Assembly (NCBI GenBank): GCA_973895155.1
Contig: OZ316892.1
Span: forward strand, 17,784,357-17,848,356
DNA length: 64,000 nucleotides
Source: Marsupella aquatica
Taxonomy: Eukaryota > Plantae > Marchantiophyta
Direction of reading: 5' to 3'
Shown here: one piece after another, positions 1 to 11,721 of the stretch
How the letters are laid out: the number at the start of each line of letters is the position of its first letter
Position numbering within the stretch: position 1 is the first letter of the stretch
Program-made: the position numbers and the translations under genes
The notes under the pieces: model-generated
What the model was told of the DNA's origin: nothing
What the model saw: the letters and a program-made list of their open reading frames with translations, nothing else
The model's database searches: none

Positions 1-133
1 ACGCGAGAAGAGAAATGCCATTCGAAGAACTGAAATCCCCGGAACTCTGGGAAATCTTCCAACCAGACAAATCGAAAAGGAAAAATTCAAGCTAAGAGAC
101 AAAGAGTGACAATTATCAAAAAGATTTAATCAC

Positions 134-494
134 CTGTTTAGTAGATCCTCGTTCAAGAGATCCTCTCCATCGTCGGCCTCCTCATCACCCAGATCCTCAA
201 TGTCCATGTCCGGAACTACCTCCGCCTCCTCGGACGCTGCACGGGAAGAACTTCTTCTCCTCCCACTTCTGTCTGTGCTCCGCCCGCTCGGAGTGGGAGA
301 GCCAGCTGATGACGATGGCCCCTCTTGAGAATCCTGCACACACTCATTCACTCATTCACTTACTCACTCCAAAATGCATCTTGACATCAATTTGAGTGGC
401 TTCGAGTTCCCTGAAAGTGAAGTTGAAGGAAATGTCATCAGACCCCGGCCAGTTCCCAGGTCAATGCAAGAAAACAAAGATCCAATCTTACCAT
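134..494 (-). CDS. MCM2: DNA replication licensing factor MCM2, 5' exons (gene continues off the left edge)
   Basis: ATG-only first coding exon (ATG 494-492, then GTAAG donor). Acceptor TGCAG| opens exon 333-134, encoding DSQEGPSS...EEAEVVPD...DEEADDGEDLLNEDLLNR, like the acidic plant MCM2 N-terminus (EEEGEDLFND..DY). GT donor at 133. E2F sites upstream. Confidence 0.75.
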
Positions 495-599
495 TTCGGC
501 TTGACCACTTCTCGAGTTATCAAAACCGTTCCTGGAGAGCGATGACGACTTAATGCGTACAGAGACTTCGGTGGCCAATCACTGGGCTCACTCACTCAC

Positions 600-602
<3 letters not shown>

Positions 603-654
<52 letters not shown>
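603..654. repeat. (CT)n microsatellite
   Basis: Uninterrupted CT dinucleotide run. Confidence 0.95.
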
Positions 655-658
<4 letters not shown>

Positions 659-844
659 CTCTCTCTTGGGCTTGGCCATCAGGGAGGTCCATTTGGGATG
701 CCCATTTGAGATGGTCATTAGGGATGGCCTTCTCTAATGGGCATCTCTCTTTCACTCTCTCTCGAATGTTGTTGTGCTGGTTTCGGGAACGTGGGGGAAA
801 TCTCGAATGTTGTTGTGCTGGTTTCGGGATTGTGGGGGAAAGGC

Positions 845-852
845 GCGGGAAA
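845..852 (-). promoter_or_regulatory. E2F binding site TTTCCCGC
   Basis: Perfect TTTSSCGC upstream of MCM2; MCM genes are established E2F targets. Confidence 0.65.
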
Positions 853-1233
853 GAAAGGCACAAATTCAGTCTTGACAATCCTGGACACAATCCATTCACT
901 AATTTCACTCACTCCAAAATGCTTCTTGCCATCAATTCGAGTGGATTGGAGTTCCCTGAAACTAAAACTGCAGTTGAAGGAAAACATCAATGTGGTCGGA
1001 CCCCGGCCAGAATCTCAGGTCAATATAAGACCAAAACGATCCGATCTTACCATTTCGGCTTGACAACACTTCTCGAGTTATCAACTTCCGTTATGACGGC
1101 TCAATGCGTACAGATACTTCGTCGGTCAATCACTGGGCTGAGCTCACTCACACTCTCTTCCTCTCAATCGTTCTCTACGGAGAGAGGGAGTGACAGTGTT
1201 GTTGTGCTGGTTGGGGGAACGTGGGGGCAAAGC

Positions 1234-1241
1234 GCGGGAAA
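1234..1241 (-). promoter_or_regulatory. Second E2F site TTTCCCGC in the duplicated promoter copy
   Basis: Same motif conserved in the distal duplicate. Confidence 0.6.
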
Positions 1242-1309
1242 GAAAGGCACAAACGGACTCCGGGAAAAAGCACCCGACGAGTCTTTTCTTTTGAGAGGGG
1301 CTTTCTGGG

Positions 1310-1550
1310 GCTCTCGTCCCTGCGGCCCGGCACTCGCCCCTTTCGGGGTCCTCTTCGTCCCTGCGGCCCAGCACTGCCCCCTTTCGAGGCTCTTCGTCCC
1401 TGCGGCCCGGCTCTCCCCCTCTCTTGAGGGCCTCTTCATCCCTGTAGCCTGGCCCTCCCCCCTTTCAAGGGCCTCTTGTCTCACAGCCCGGCCCTTCCCC
1501 CTTTTCAAGGTCCTCTTGTCTTGGCAGCCTGGCCATTCCCCCTTTCAAGT
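1310..1550. repeat. GC-rich degenerate ~40-bp tandem repeat
   Basis: Recurrent ctcttcgtccctgcggccc...ccccttt units, about 6 copies. Confidence 0.75.
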
Positions 1551-2109
1551 CTCGTCCATACAGGTGCAGAAAAGTATGGGGTGAGCCAGCCTCTTTTTTT
1601 GTGTGGGTCTGCCTTTGTTAGGAATTGTATGGGGCAGGGTCACACTTGGACGAAGGTTGGGAATAAGATAATGTCCTGGTTAGAGGGCATTGTGAGATAT
1701 AATGCCCTGAAAAATGAGGGCAATAGCCCGAGTTTTGAGGGCATTATTCTCATAATGCCTGTAACTAGGACATTAATGTACGTAAAACCTTGAGTGACTT
1801 TTCGGTAACAAACAAGAAAAAGTGAATTCTGAAATAGAAAATTCAAATTAAAGGGTCATCCAAGAAGTGGTTGCTATGGAATTGGCCAAAAATATAGGTT
1901 TTTTAGCTATATTAGATTCTATTCATAGATATTTTGTTAGTATCACCATATATTTGGTTATCATCTTGACTAAATTTAATTATTATCAATTAAAAAATTG
2001 TAATTACTTTCCATAGAGCGGTTGTCTTTATGTTGTGGTGTCCCCATAAGAATGGAAGGGATATTGATAGTACTTTATATGCACAATTTTTAAAACCATT
2101 GTTGATTCA

Positions 2110-2250
2110 CTACTGGAATTTATTGGGGAGTTGTACCTAAATAGTAGGAGCGGTAAGCATGGGCGCTACTGGAATTTATTGGGGAGTTGTACCTAGATAG
2201 TAGGAGTGGTAAGCATGGGTGCTAATGGAATTTATTGGGGAGTTGTGCCT
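2110..2250. repeat. ~56-bp tandem repeat, 2.5 copies
   Basis: ctactggaatttattggggagttgtaccta(a/g)atagtaggag(c/t)ggtaagcatggg repeated. Confidence 0.9.
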
Positions 2251-2400
2251 TCTAGCTTTGAAGTCTCTTCTTTCGCTTTATCACTTGGCAAGTTCTCTTT
2301 CATGAGATAGCTTTCGACATTTGTTGGCTGCTGGAATTTGATGTCTAGATTTGTGATTTCTTATTGTAAGATTCTTGTCTTTCATTGATTTTACATAGAG

Positions 2401-3529
2401 ATGGAATCTCTTCTGAAGGAACTCAATGTTGAAAGTGAGTTTGAAGGTATTCGTGAGGAGTCATATTCAGGGACGAGACAATGTAGGGAAGCTTCTATAT
2501 TTGGTGAGATTGATGCAGCGGAAGCTCTGAACATCATGATAGGTGGTAGGAGAGCTAGTGAAGACGGTGAGAAGTGGTCGCAAAATCTTTTTGATGAGTG
2601 GAGACAGTGGAGAGAAATAGATACTGAGAAATCCATTGGTGATCTTTTTGAGAATGATGATCCGAGGGAGCTTCTGGAATTGTTGACTGAATTCACTTTG
2701 CAAGTGACAAAGAAAAATGGTAGCTTGTATCCACCAACTTCGATTCAGTCCATTTTGAGGGGTATCAATAGGACAATTTGAGCACGACAAGTGAAGAGAT
2801 CTGTTGAATCTGGTCTATCATTTATTGCTGTGGACATTTTCCGAGATCCTGTGTATCCTAAAGTAAAGCTTGCTGGTGATGAAACAGTTAGAAGATCTTT
2901 TCCAAGTCACAAAGAGAAGTGACCACCTCTCAGGTGTGGAGGAAGCTTTGATGTTGGCCCTCCCTCGAAATCAGTTGGATTGTCCTTTTGGTTTAAATTA
3001 TCGATTTTCTTGGTTTTGTACAAAAGCTTTTTATGATTCGTGGTGCTAGTGAGTTGAGGAATGTTATGTTTGAGGATTTTGAATTGAAATCAATATCTTT
3101 TCAAAGGGATGTTCTTGTTTACAATCAGGGGACGTCAAATAATTGGAAAGTTGATGTTACCAAATGTGGCCCTGATAGATTACGTGCACCTGTGGAAGTT
3201 GAGGTTCTTGATATTGTGAATACTTTCAAGACACTACTATTGAAACGTCTGATTTACAATGATACAGAGCCTGGTCCTCATCCATTGTTTTTGAAGCCTC
3301 TTATAAATTTTAAGGTAGAAGAGTGTATGGTTCACGAAGCAGCCTCTTGGAAGAAATACTGACTTCTTATACAAAGTTGATGACTGCAAATGTCCCGGAG
3401 TTGGAAGGGAAGAGGATTACAAATAAAACTGGTCGTAATACTGCTATTGCGCGACTTGAGGAAGCAGTTACACCTCCAAAATTTGGAATGGAAATTTCAG
3501 GTCACAAATGTACTTCGAGTTACAAAAAG
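2401..3529 (+). pseudogene. Crypton/DUF3504 (ZMYM/QRICH1/KCTD1-type) tyrosine recombinase, disrupted
   Basis: WSQNLFDEWRQWR...LTEFTLQVTKKNGSLYPPTSIQSILRGINR (Crypton N-terminal helical domain); FMIRGASELR (catalytic R box); ITNKTGRNTAIARL...MEISGHKCTSSYKK (cf. TNHSLR..GH.S..Y). Stop at 2779-2781, frameshifts near 2900 and 3320-3350, GTAAGT donor near 3529. Confidence 0.75.
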
Positions 3530-3637
3530 TAAGTATTTTTTATATATGTCGTTCTTGTTCAGAGATATATTTGGAAAGAAATCAAACAAGAGTAGGTTAT
3601 GTCTGAAACTATAGATAATGTACACGCTATTCAATTT

Positions 3638-3778
3638 TGTTGTAAACCATAGTTTACATATAACCCTAAGCTAAGGTTAACTTTAACCTTAGACCATGTA
3701 ACCTCATGGCTATATAAAGCCACACCTTAATGAAGAGTGGACACATTATTCCAAGCATTGGTATCCCAACTCTTAACA
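3638..3778 (+). repeat. 5' LTR of Bianca-like element
   Basis: TGTTGTAAACC...CTCTTAACA with internal TATATAAA. Confidence 0.95.
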
Positions 3779-3792
3779 CGTTATCAGCACGA
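3779..3792 (+). other. Primer binding site complementary to the tRNA-Ile anticodon arm (half-tRNA priming)
   Basis: CGTTATCAGCACGA directly after the LTR; no TGG (CCA complement). Confidence 0.65.
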
Positions 3793-4235
3793 GTATGCTC
3801 TAGTCATTTTTTTTCTGAAATCAGTCTTTTGGTAATTCGATCACCTCGATGTTTTCATGAGTAAAATACTCTTAAAAGGCACTTTTTTTCTCCCTCCTCC
3901 CAATAACCGCCCAAACCGACCCCCACCCTTTTTTTTCCCCTCTCAGCGCTAGCACATCGCTATTTGGGCAATGTACAGGCACTGAGAACATATAGAACAC
4001 CTCACCAATTAGAATTACTCCATATCGCTTGTTTAGCCCAAATTTTTCCCCATCAACTAGAAATCGCTACACATCCAATTGAGCGCAATTTAATACGAGA
4101 CGCGCCATCGAAGATTCATCATACCGAAGACCAAGGATAGACACACGACAACCATAATTGGTATACCAATACCAAATCCCTGCAACCTCCATATTCAATT
4201 GTAACTAAACATTACAATCCCAAATTGTATTAAGA

Positions 4236-7200
4236 ATGAATACCATAGAGAAATTACACTTCCCTGCATTAAAGGTAGACGGATCGAACTACCTTACATG
4301 GATCACAGATGTCGAAACATATTTTGCATTTCAAGAACTCGAAGATACACTATATACAGATGCAAATCTAACCCTCAAACAAAAAGCTAAAGCCGCGTTT
4401 CTATTGAGGCAACACCTATCACCACAATTGAAGAACGAATATATGAATGAGGTAAATCCCGGCAAGCTATGGGATCAACTCAAATCCAGATTCGACCACA
4501 TGCACGAAATATGGCTCCCAGAAGCACGCAGGGACTGGCACAACCTGCGAGTCATGGACCACACAACAATTGCAAATTATAACAGCGCCTTATTCCGAAT
4601 CACATCTCAACTAGAAATGTGCGGCCACCCAGTAAACGATAACGACCGCATTGATAAAACACTGTCAACATTCCCAGAAGCTAATATAGCCCTGGGAACC
4701 CAATACCGAAATATGAATTTTACGACCTACTCCGACCTCATTGCACATTTATTAGTCGAAGAGAAACAACAAATTGTAGCCCTACATAACGCAAGAAAAA
4801 GACCAGCAGGATCAGAACCACCACCCAATCGACCCGAATCACACTATGGAAATTACCAAGATGGGCGACGAGACAACACAAGAGGAAGAAAACCATTCAG
4901 GGGAGGCAGGGGAAAATTCAGGGGACAAGGGAGATACCCCTACCAGGGCAGAAACCCGCTCCCCACACAAAGAACTACCTGGAACCGTGGCACCAACAGA
5001 AGCAGGGGCACATGGCGAAACCCACAAAATCACCCAACAAACGATAATCAGAAACTATGCTACAGATGTGGTAAGATCGGCCACATCAGGAAGATATGCA
5101 GAGCATCTGACCAAGTGGCACAACGCTATACAAATGAACGCATATTAACGAAACAAAACCCACAAGGAAACTATATGGAAATCGAAGAAAATATAGCGAC
5201 ATACCAAGATCCTGCAGACGCCCCAATTGAAACACATACTGCTATCTCACACCTGTATACATCACCATTAACTGACCCCAATATATGCATTATTGATAGC
5301 GGAACGTCACATACAATACTGACACAAAGCAAATATTTTGACTTTATCACCCATCATCTAGACCGATGACAACTATCGCAGGCCCCAACCAAATAGAAGA
5401 AGGCAAAGGAAAAGCGCATATTATATTCCCAGGCGGGACCAAAATTACGATAGCAACAGCTATATACGCCCCTACAGCTACTAGAAACCTCATCAGCTTT
5501 CAGGATATCCGCGCGAATAACTATGAACTAAGAACAGCAAAACAAGGCGAAACTGAAATCCTACAACTAATACAGAACAAGGAAGGATTACCACATATTA
5601 TGGAGAACTTACCACTAATCCCACCTGGACTATATGCAGCTAACATACAATCATACCACATTGAAAAGGATACATCGGATATCACATATACCTGGCATTG
5701 CAGACTCGGCCACCCAGGCATTAATATGTACACCAGAATAATTAGGGACTCCAAAGGAATCCCACAGACGGCCAAACCAAACGCCATGGCCCCACAGTGC
5801 ATGGCCTGCTCACAGGGCAAGATGATAACACGCCCATCGATACCAAAAACAGTCTACAGGATCCCCAACTTTTTGGAGCAGCTCAATGCAGATGTATGCG
5901 GCCCCATCGACCCTCCAAGCGGGCCATTCAAATATTTCCTGTACTCATCGACTCCTCCACAAAATGGCTACAAATTTCCTTACTCTCCACCCGTAATATG
6001 GTATTCGCAAGAATACTTGCGCATATCTTAAAATTATAAGCTCAGTTCCTTGAGCACCCCACACGCATATTACGAGTTGACGGAGCAGGAGAATTTACAT
6101 CCAAAGCCTTCGATGACTTCTGCTGGACAGCAGGTATTGATACTCAGTACTCTATACCCCACGTACACTTTCAAAATGGAATAGCAGAATCCGTTATTAA
6201 AAGACTCCAAATGATTGCCAGACCACTGTTAATGCACTCAAATTTACCATTATCAGCATGGGGCCACGCCATCCTCCACGCATCAACACTACTGAAATAC
6301 AGACCTTCAGCATATAATTTGAAGACACCTTATCACCCAGCATTCGGAACGCCCCCCGAATTATCACACCTACGCATATTCGGGTGCAAGGTCATGGTAC
6401 CAACCTTAGGGCCTAAAAAGACCAAAATAGGACCCCAAAGACATCCAGGCATATATGTAGGATTCGATTCTACATCCATTATTCGATATCTGGAACCCAC
6501 GACATCCGATCTATTCAAAGCTCGATATCAAGACTGCCACTTTTATGAAGACCAATTCCCTGCATTATCAAACGGATCAACTCTATATAACCAAAACCGC
6601 CAGAACTTAAACTGGCAAAACCAGACCCTCATCAACCAAGACCCAAGAAGCAAGAGAGCAGATGAAGAAGTGAGGCGACTCATTCACCTCAATGAGATGT
6701 TAACAAAAATCCCAGATGCATTTAATGATGCTGCAAACGTGACAAGGTCACATATTGAAGCAGCAAACATCTACACGCGTGCAGATATCCAAGGATCTCG
6801 CCACAGAGACAGCCCCAAGAACAAAAAGGGGTAGACCACCAGGCGCAAAAGACGTACATCCACGGCAGCGAAAACCCACCTCAACGAAACCTGTCACCAC
6901 ACTAAGTACGGTACACCCAGACCTTACCCATACCCATATTATGGACAATGAAGAGATATTCATTCAATATAACCATACGGGACAAATATACAACAGACAT
7001 TCCACAGACATAAATACACAATTTGTATACCACATAGTACAAGAAATAACCGGTGATACACCAGATCCACTTACCCTGAAGGAAGCCCAAAAGCGAGCAG
7101 ATTGGCCGAAGTGGCAAGAAGCCATCAACACTGAGATGGACGCCCTCATCAAGCGACAAGTCTTTGGACCACTCATACAGGCTTCCCCAGGTAACAATTA

Positions 7201-8872
7201 CACTGACTCCCGCTTTACATTCATCAGAAAATGGAATGCTAAAGGAGAAGTCATACGATACAGAGCACGGTTAGTGGCAAAAGGGTATACACAAGTCCCA
7301 GGCAGGGACTATGATCTTACATACTCACCCGTGATGGACGCCATAACATATAGATACCTCATATCATTTTCCATACAACATCAACTTCTTAATATCCTAA
7401 TGGACGTGGTAACTGCGTACCTGTATGGCACCTTAGACACTGAAATATACATGAAAGCACCTCAGGCATTGATCTAGAGAGTGAGAGAACATACTCAGGG
7501 GGAGACGTCCCAGAACCTGAATCCAGAAATCATGTCGGGCATACAACAGATAGTACCTGATACACAGGTTAAAAATCTTCTCATGCAAAGTGGCAATACA
7601 ACATATATGCAGAAGAAACAAACTGGAAATACAGGACAGGGCCAACCAACCCTAGCAGTCAGAGTGTTACGCTCTATAAACGGATTAAAGCAGAGCGGAA
7701 GGATATGGTATAAAATGTTCCAAACGGAGATGATTAAACTCGGATTCACCAATACAGATATAGCTCCCTGTATCTTCATCAAACGGGAACAGCAGGAATT
7801 TATAATCCTAGCATTATATGTAGATGATGTGAACCTATTCGGGACACCTACTATAACCAAAGAAACTGTCAAAACACTGCAAGGAGTATTCGAGATGAAA
7901 GACCTCGGTGAACCCACATACTGCTTAGGCCTACAATTCGAGCACCTCCAGAACGGCACTTTCATCTGCCAATCAACATATACAGAGAAAATCATCAAAC
8001 AATTCAATATGCAACTATCCTACCCGGTATCGACACCAATGGAGCTAAGGTCTCTTGACCTTGAAAAGGATATGTTCAGGCGCAGACAGGAAAACGAACC
8101 CATATTAGGCTCAGAGAAGCCTTATCTATCTGCAGTGGGGGCACTGATGTACCTTGCAAACCATACCAGACCAGACATCTCATTTTCAGTTAACCTCCTT
8201 GCCAGACACAGTGCTCAACCAACAATCTGCCACTGGAACGGCCTCAAACGGATATTCAGATATCTCCAAGGTACAACTGACCTCGGCCTTTTCTTCCCAA
8301 AAGACACCACTGATACCCTCACCGGATACACTGATGCAGGATATCTATCAGACCCACAAGATTCAAAATCTCAAACCGGCTACGTCTTCCTACAAGGCAC
8401 AACTGCGATATCCTGGCGTAGCACTAAGCAATCTATGACCACAACCTCATCCAACCACTCGGAAGTCATCGCATTATACGAGGCATGCAGAGAAGCAATC
8501 TGGCTCCGAAGCATGATTAACCACATCAGAACCAGCACTAGACAACCACCGATCACTACGCCCACTGTCATCTATGAGGATAACAAAGCTTGCATCGATC
8601 AAATTGTTAACGGCATCATGAAAACAGAAAGAACGAAGCATATAGACCCCAAGTTCTTCTTTCTCCAAGAACAACAAGGCAAGAATATACAAGTCGAATG
8701 GATTCACTCACAGGATAACAGAGCAGATATATTTACGAAACCTTTACCACCCGCTACCCACCGTGAACATGTAGCAGGTATAGGAATGATAAAACTTTCA
8801 GCATTACTCCAAGAAAGACAAGGAAATACCTCAACGACGACCAAGGACGAACGCAAGAAACGAAACAAATGA
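4236..8872 (+). pseudogene. Bianca gag-pol polyprotein with frameshifts and stops
   Basis: Gag CYRCGKIGHIRKIC; protease IIDSGTSHT; integrase WHCRLGHPG..CMAC, ADVCGP, LRVDGAGEF; RT ARLVAKGY, LYVDD; RNase H YTDAGY, YEDN, ADIFTK. Breaks near 5365, 5940, 6039, 6790 and 7477. Confidence 0.92.
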
Positions 8873-9475
8873 CAGAACCTGGAACGAGTTGCCGCCCATA
8901 GTGTCGCAACCCCCGCACACAAATAACGAGCGCGTTTACCTAAAGCTCAGCTTCCCAAGTTCCAGCAACTCACTTCTGAATGCTACCACCACGAATTCAG
9001 TCGGCTTCGAAACAACACCAACCAGGATGCGAAACAAAAAGCCATGGCGCAGCACACAGAGCTGCAACAACAACACATCACACACACCAACAAAAAGCGA
9101 CACGGAAATCCGATCGATACACACCATCTCTATTTTTGTCGACAAACTACGAACTAATGAACCCTTTGTGAGCGAGTTTTAGTTTAGGTTACAATTTTAC
9201 ATAGAGGCAGGTTCATCTTACACGAGTAATTCCATATAATGGATAGGTAATTGCATCTTACACATGTAATGGCAAATAATTACCCCCCATAAACTATAGG
9301 AAACATAAAATAAATGGATACAGATTGGATCCCCACATGTAATGATGGTAGTACTCTTTCCTTGAGAAGAAAGCAGCAAGGTTTTAATGAGGCTACATCA
9401 AAGGGAATACCAATTTAATTCCTTAGGGTTAAACACATGGTTACTTTACACCCCCATAAACTAACCAAGGGGGAG

Positions 9476-9616
9476 TGTTGTAAACCATAGTTTACATATA
9501 ACCCTAAGCTAAGGTTACCTTTAACCTTAGACCATGTAACCTCATGGCTATATAAAGCCACACCTTAATGAAGAGTGGACACATTATTCCAAGCATTGGT
9601 ATCCCAACTCTTAACA
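9476..9616 (+). repeat. 3' LTR of Bianca-like element
   Basis: Follows the PPT; matches the 5' LTR except one A/C. Confidence 0.95.
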
Positions 9617-9817
9617 AATTTGTTTTTGTACTTGTATGTGAGAGTGCACTTCATTCTTAAGTATACAATATTTCTAATTTATTTTTGCGGTTGCATGTCA
9701 GAGTGTAATTTATTCCTTTTGGCTCAATCTCACAACTGTTTTCAATTCGATTATGTCCTTGCATGTCAGAGTTTACTTAATTGTTTTCAATAATCTCACG
9801 GTACTTTCAATTTTCTT

Positions 9818-10072
9818 TTGTACATGTCAGAATGTCATACAAAGGATGAGTTTTGGGCTAATGACCAAGTGCTTGAAGCTGTCGAGAGTGAAATGAAGAA
9901 GTATGATCGGGTTGTGCAGAAAACTGAATGCAAGTCAGTTAATGGACATGTGTTTAAAGACATCACAAATTGTCCGATTACAATTGTGAATGTTTTTTAT
10001 TCATCTAGTATCGCAAAGCTTTTACAGCAAACGTTAGGCCAATCTTTTTTGCCATCATTGAGTAGTTCATAA
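9818..10072 (+). pseudogene. Probable C-terminal exon of the Crypton-like recombinase
   Basis: GHVFKDITNCPITIVNV resembles the F..(N)C.I.I tail common to DUF3504/Crypton proteins. Lies just past the copia insertion and inside the direct repeats. Confidence 0.45.
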
Positions 10073-10387
10073 AAGAATAGAATGACACGATTTGATAGAA
10101 GGATTATTTATTTTGAGTGACATAGGTACTTTTTTTAAGTTATATTAGGTTCTATTCATAGATATTTTGTTAGTATCACCAAATAAGATTTGGTTGTCAT
10201 CTTGAGATCTTGAATAAAATATATTATTTTGTTTTACATGGTAAAACTATATTTAATTTTTACTTTTATTATATTTATGGTGTTTTGCATAATCCCCTCC
10301 TCAAAAAAAGGTGTGCATTATGGAGAATTAATGCACTCAAATATACAAAGAGAAAAGTCAAGAAATATTTTACATCTTACTTATAAA

Positions 10388-10795
10388 TCTGCAACTATAA
10401 GCTAGAATTGGGGCCTAGGCTTCTAGAGTGAAGCCTCTAGACCGTAACTCCATGGTTCATCATGTGGCATTATGAGAAAACTGATGTATGATGTATGTCA
10501 TATCAAATAATAATCATGACTGCTTTTTGTTATGATTTCTATTTATATTAAAAACTGATCTCTATGGCCCCACCATATTATATGTGCATAAGTGGGATGT
10601 AGGATAGAAAAACTAGGGATGTGCATAGAAAAAAGTACTATGGTATGTTATGTCTGATTATTAAAATGATGATATGCATGATAATTTTTTATCATTTCAT
10701 TAACCTTCAAAATATGTGAATAAGGAATATATTTTGGTGACATTTTTATTGTCCTCCCCGCTATTCACGTTCAAAGAACGGGTAGTCGGGGCTAG
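10388..10795 (+). mobile_element. Putative short non-autonomous Helitron
   Basis: 5' A|TCTGCAACTATAAG; 3' hairpin cgttc-aaa-gaacg followed ~11 nt later by CTAG|T; AT-rich interior, no TSD. Confidence 0.45.
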
Positions 10796-11721
10796 TATAG
10801 GATAACGGTGGTCTGGGTGTGCTTACTACCTTGTGACCAGAATGTGAGGAATGTTGATCAGTCACAACCCTTTTGGTAGCCAATAAGCTTTTCTGAACTT
10901 TCTAGGAGCATGGTTCTGGCTAGAACTCTTGCCCAGACCTCCTTGTTTGTACTGTCTAATTACTGTTTTAGAAAATGGTTGCTTTTGGGCAATAGATTAT
11001 GGGAATAGCAGGTACCCTCGGAAATAGTTAAAGATTATGGTAATAGCAACTAAATACCTCCAAAAGTAAGTACATATTGAAAATTTACATTTTGTACATA
11101 AATTAAGTATAGAGTGGGGGCAAGGAACCTGCACTTCAACTCTCATTTCTATGTTGAGTGTTTTTTGTGTGTCACTTGTTCTTACAAGTTAACTTCAATT
11201 GGTTGTCTATGAGATGAGTGCATTCTCAAAGCTATGCTATGAGGGTGTGTGGTCAAATCTGCATTGCCTGCCTGCACTTTTATGCCAGGCTGAAGGGGAC
11301 AAGAGGCTCGTCTCTAATGCCAAACTGAGAAGGGGACTCATTAGTTCCCTTTTCCCAAAGGGGAGATGACAACAATCAATGATACCTGAGCATTATTACC
11401 TTCACCACTTTGGTGTTTCTTGAGTGGGTTCATGGCTAGCATTTGTTTCTCTTGTTCACTTGCCTCATCCATGAGTTGTTTCCCTTTCTTTTTTCTCATG
11501 ATGTCTAGAACTTGTTGTACTTGGCTATCTCTTCTCTCACATTCTCTAGGAATGTAGTCTCTTTGGCAACTGACCTTTGTGCAACTCGCACTTGTGCTTG
11601 AGTGCATCAACTGTAACTACATGCGCATTGTGGCTCTTATTTCTAGTGAATTTTATGCTAACTTCATGTTGGAATGATACATGGAATTATACACTCCTTC
11701 CAATCTGTATACAATCTAGAC

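Larger units (their letters stand above)
330..1255. repeat. Diverged tandem duplication (~540-bp offset) of MCM2 promoter, first exon and first intron
   Basis: ~330-865 aligns by eye with ~870-1255 (shared cactccaaaatgc, gagttccctgaaa, tcttaccatttcggcttgac, caatcactgggct, gcgcgggaaagaaaggcacaaa). Confidence 0.85.
3638..9616 (+). mobile_element. Ty1/copia LTR retrotransposon, Bianca-like
   Basis: TG..CA LTRs 3638-3778 and 9476-9616 (141 bp, one mismatch seen). TSD AATTT at 3633-3637 and 9617-9621. PBS CGTTATCAGCACGA; PPT AAGGGGGAG. Domain order gag-PR-IN-RT-RH; Gag starts LHFPALKVDGSNYLTW, typical of Bianca. Confidence 0.95.
1686..10341 (+). mobile_element. Putative Crypton-like (tyrosine recombinase) DNA element, interrupted by a copia insertion
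   Basis: DUF3504-like YR remnants at 2401-3529 and 9818-10072. Direct repeats at 1908-1969 and 10141-10205. Related gcattat-gagaa-taatgc-ctcaaa motifs at 1686-1759 (hairpin) and 10315-10341. Boundaries inferred. Confidence 0.55.

Noticed and set aside
553-1584. 343-aa ORF on the + strand
   Set aside because: Runs through the CT microsatellite, the duplicated MCM2 promoter (antisense) and GC repeats; no recognisable domain.
7495-8007. 170-aa antisense ORF in the Bianca element
   Set aside because: Shadow of the RT coding frame with no independent features.
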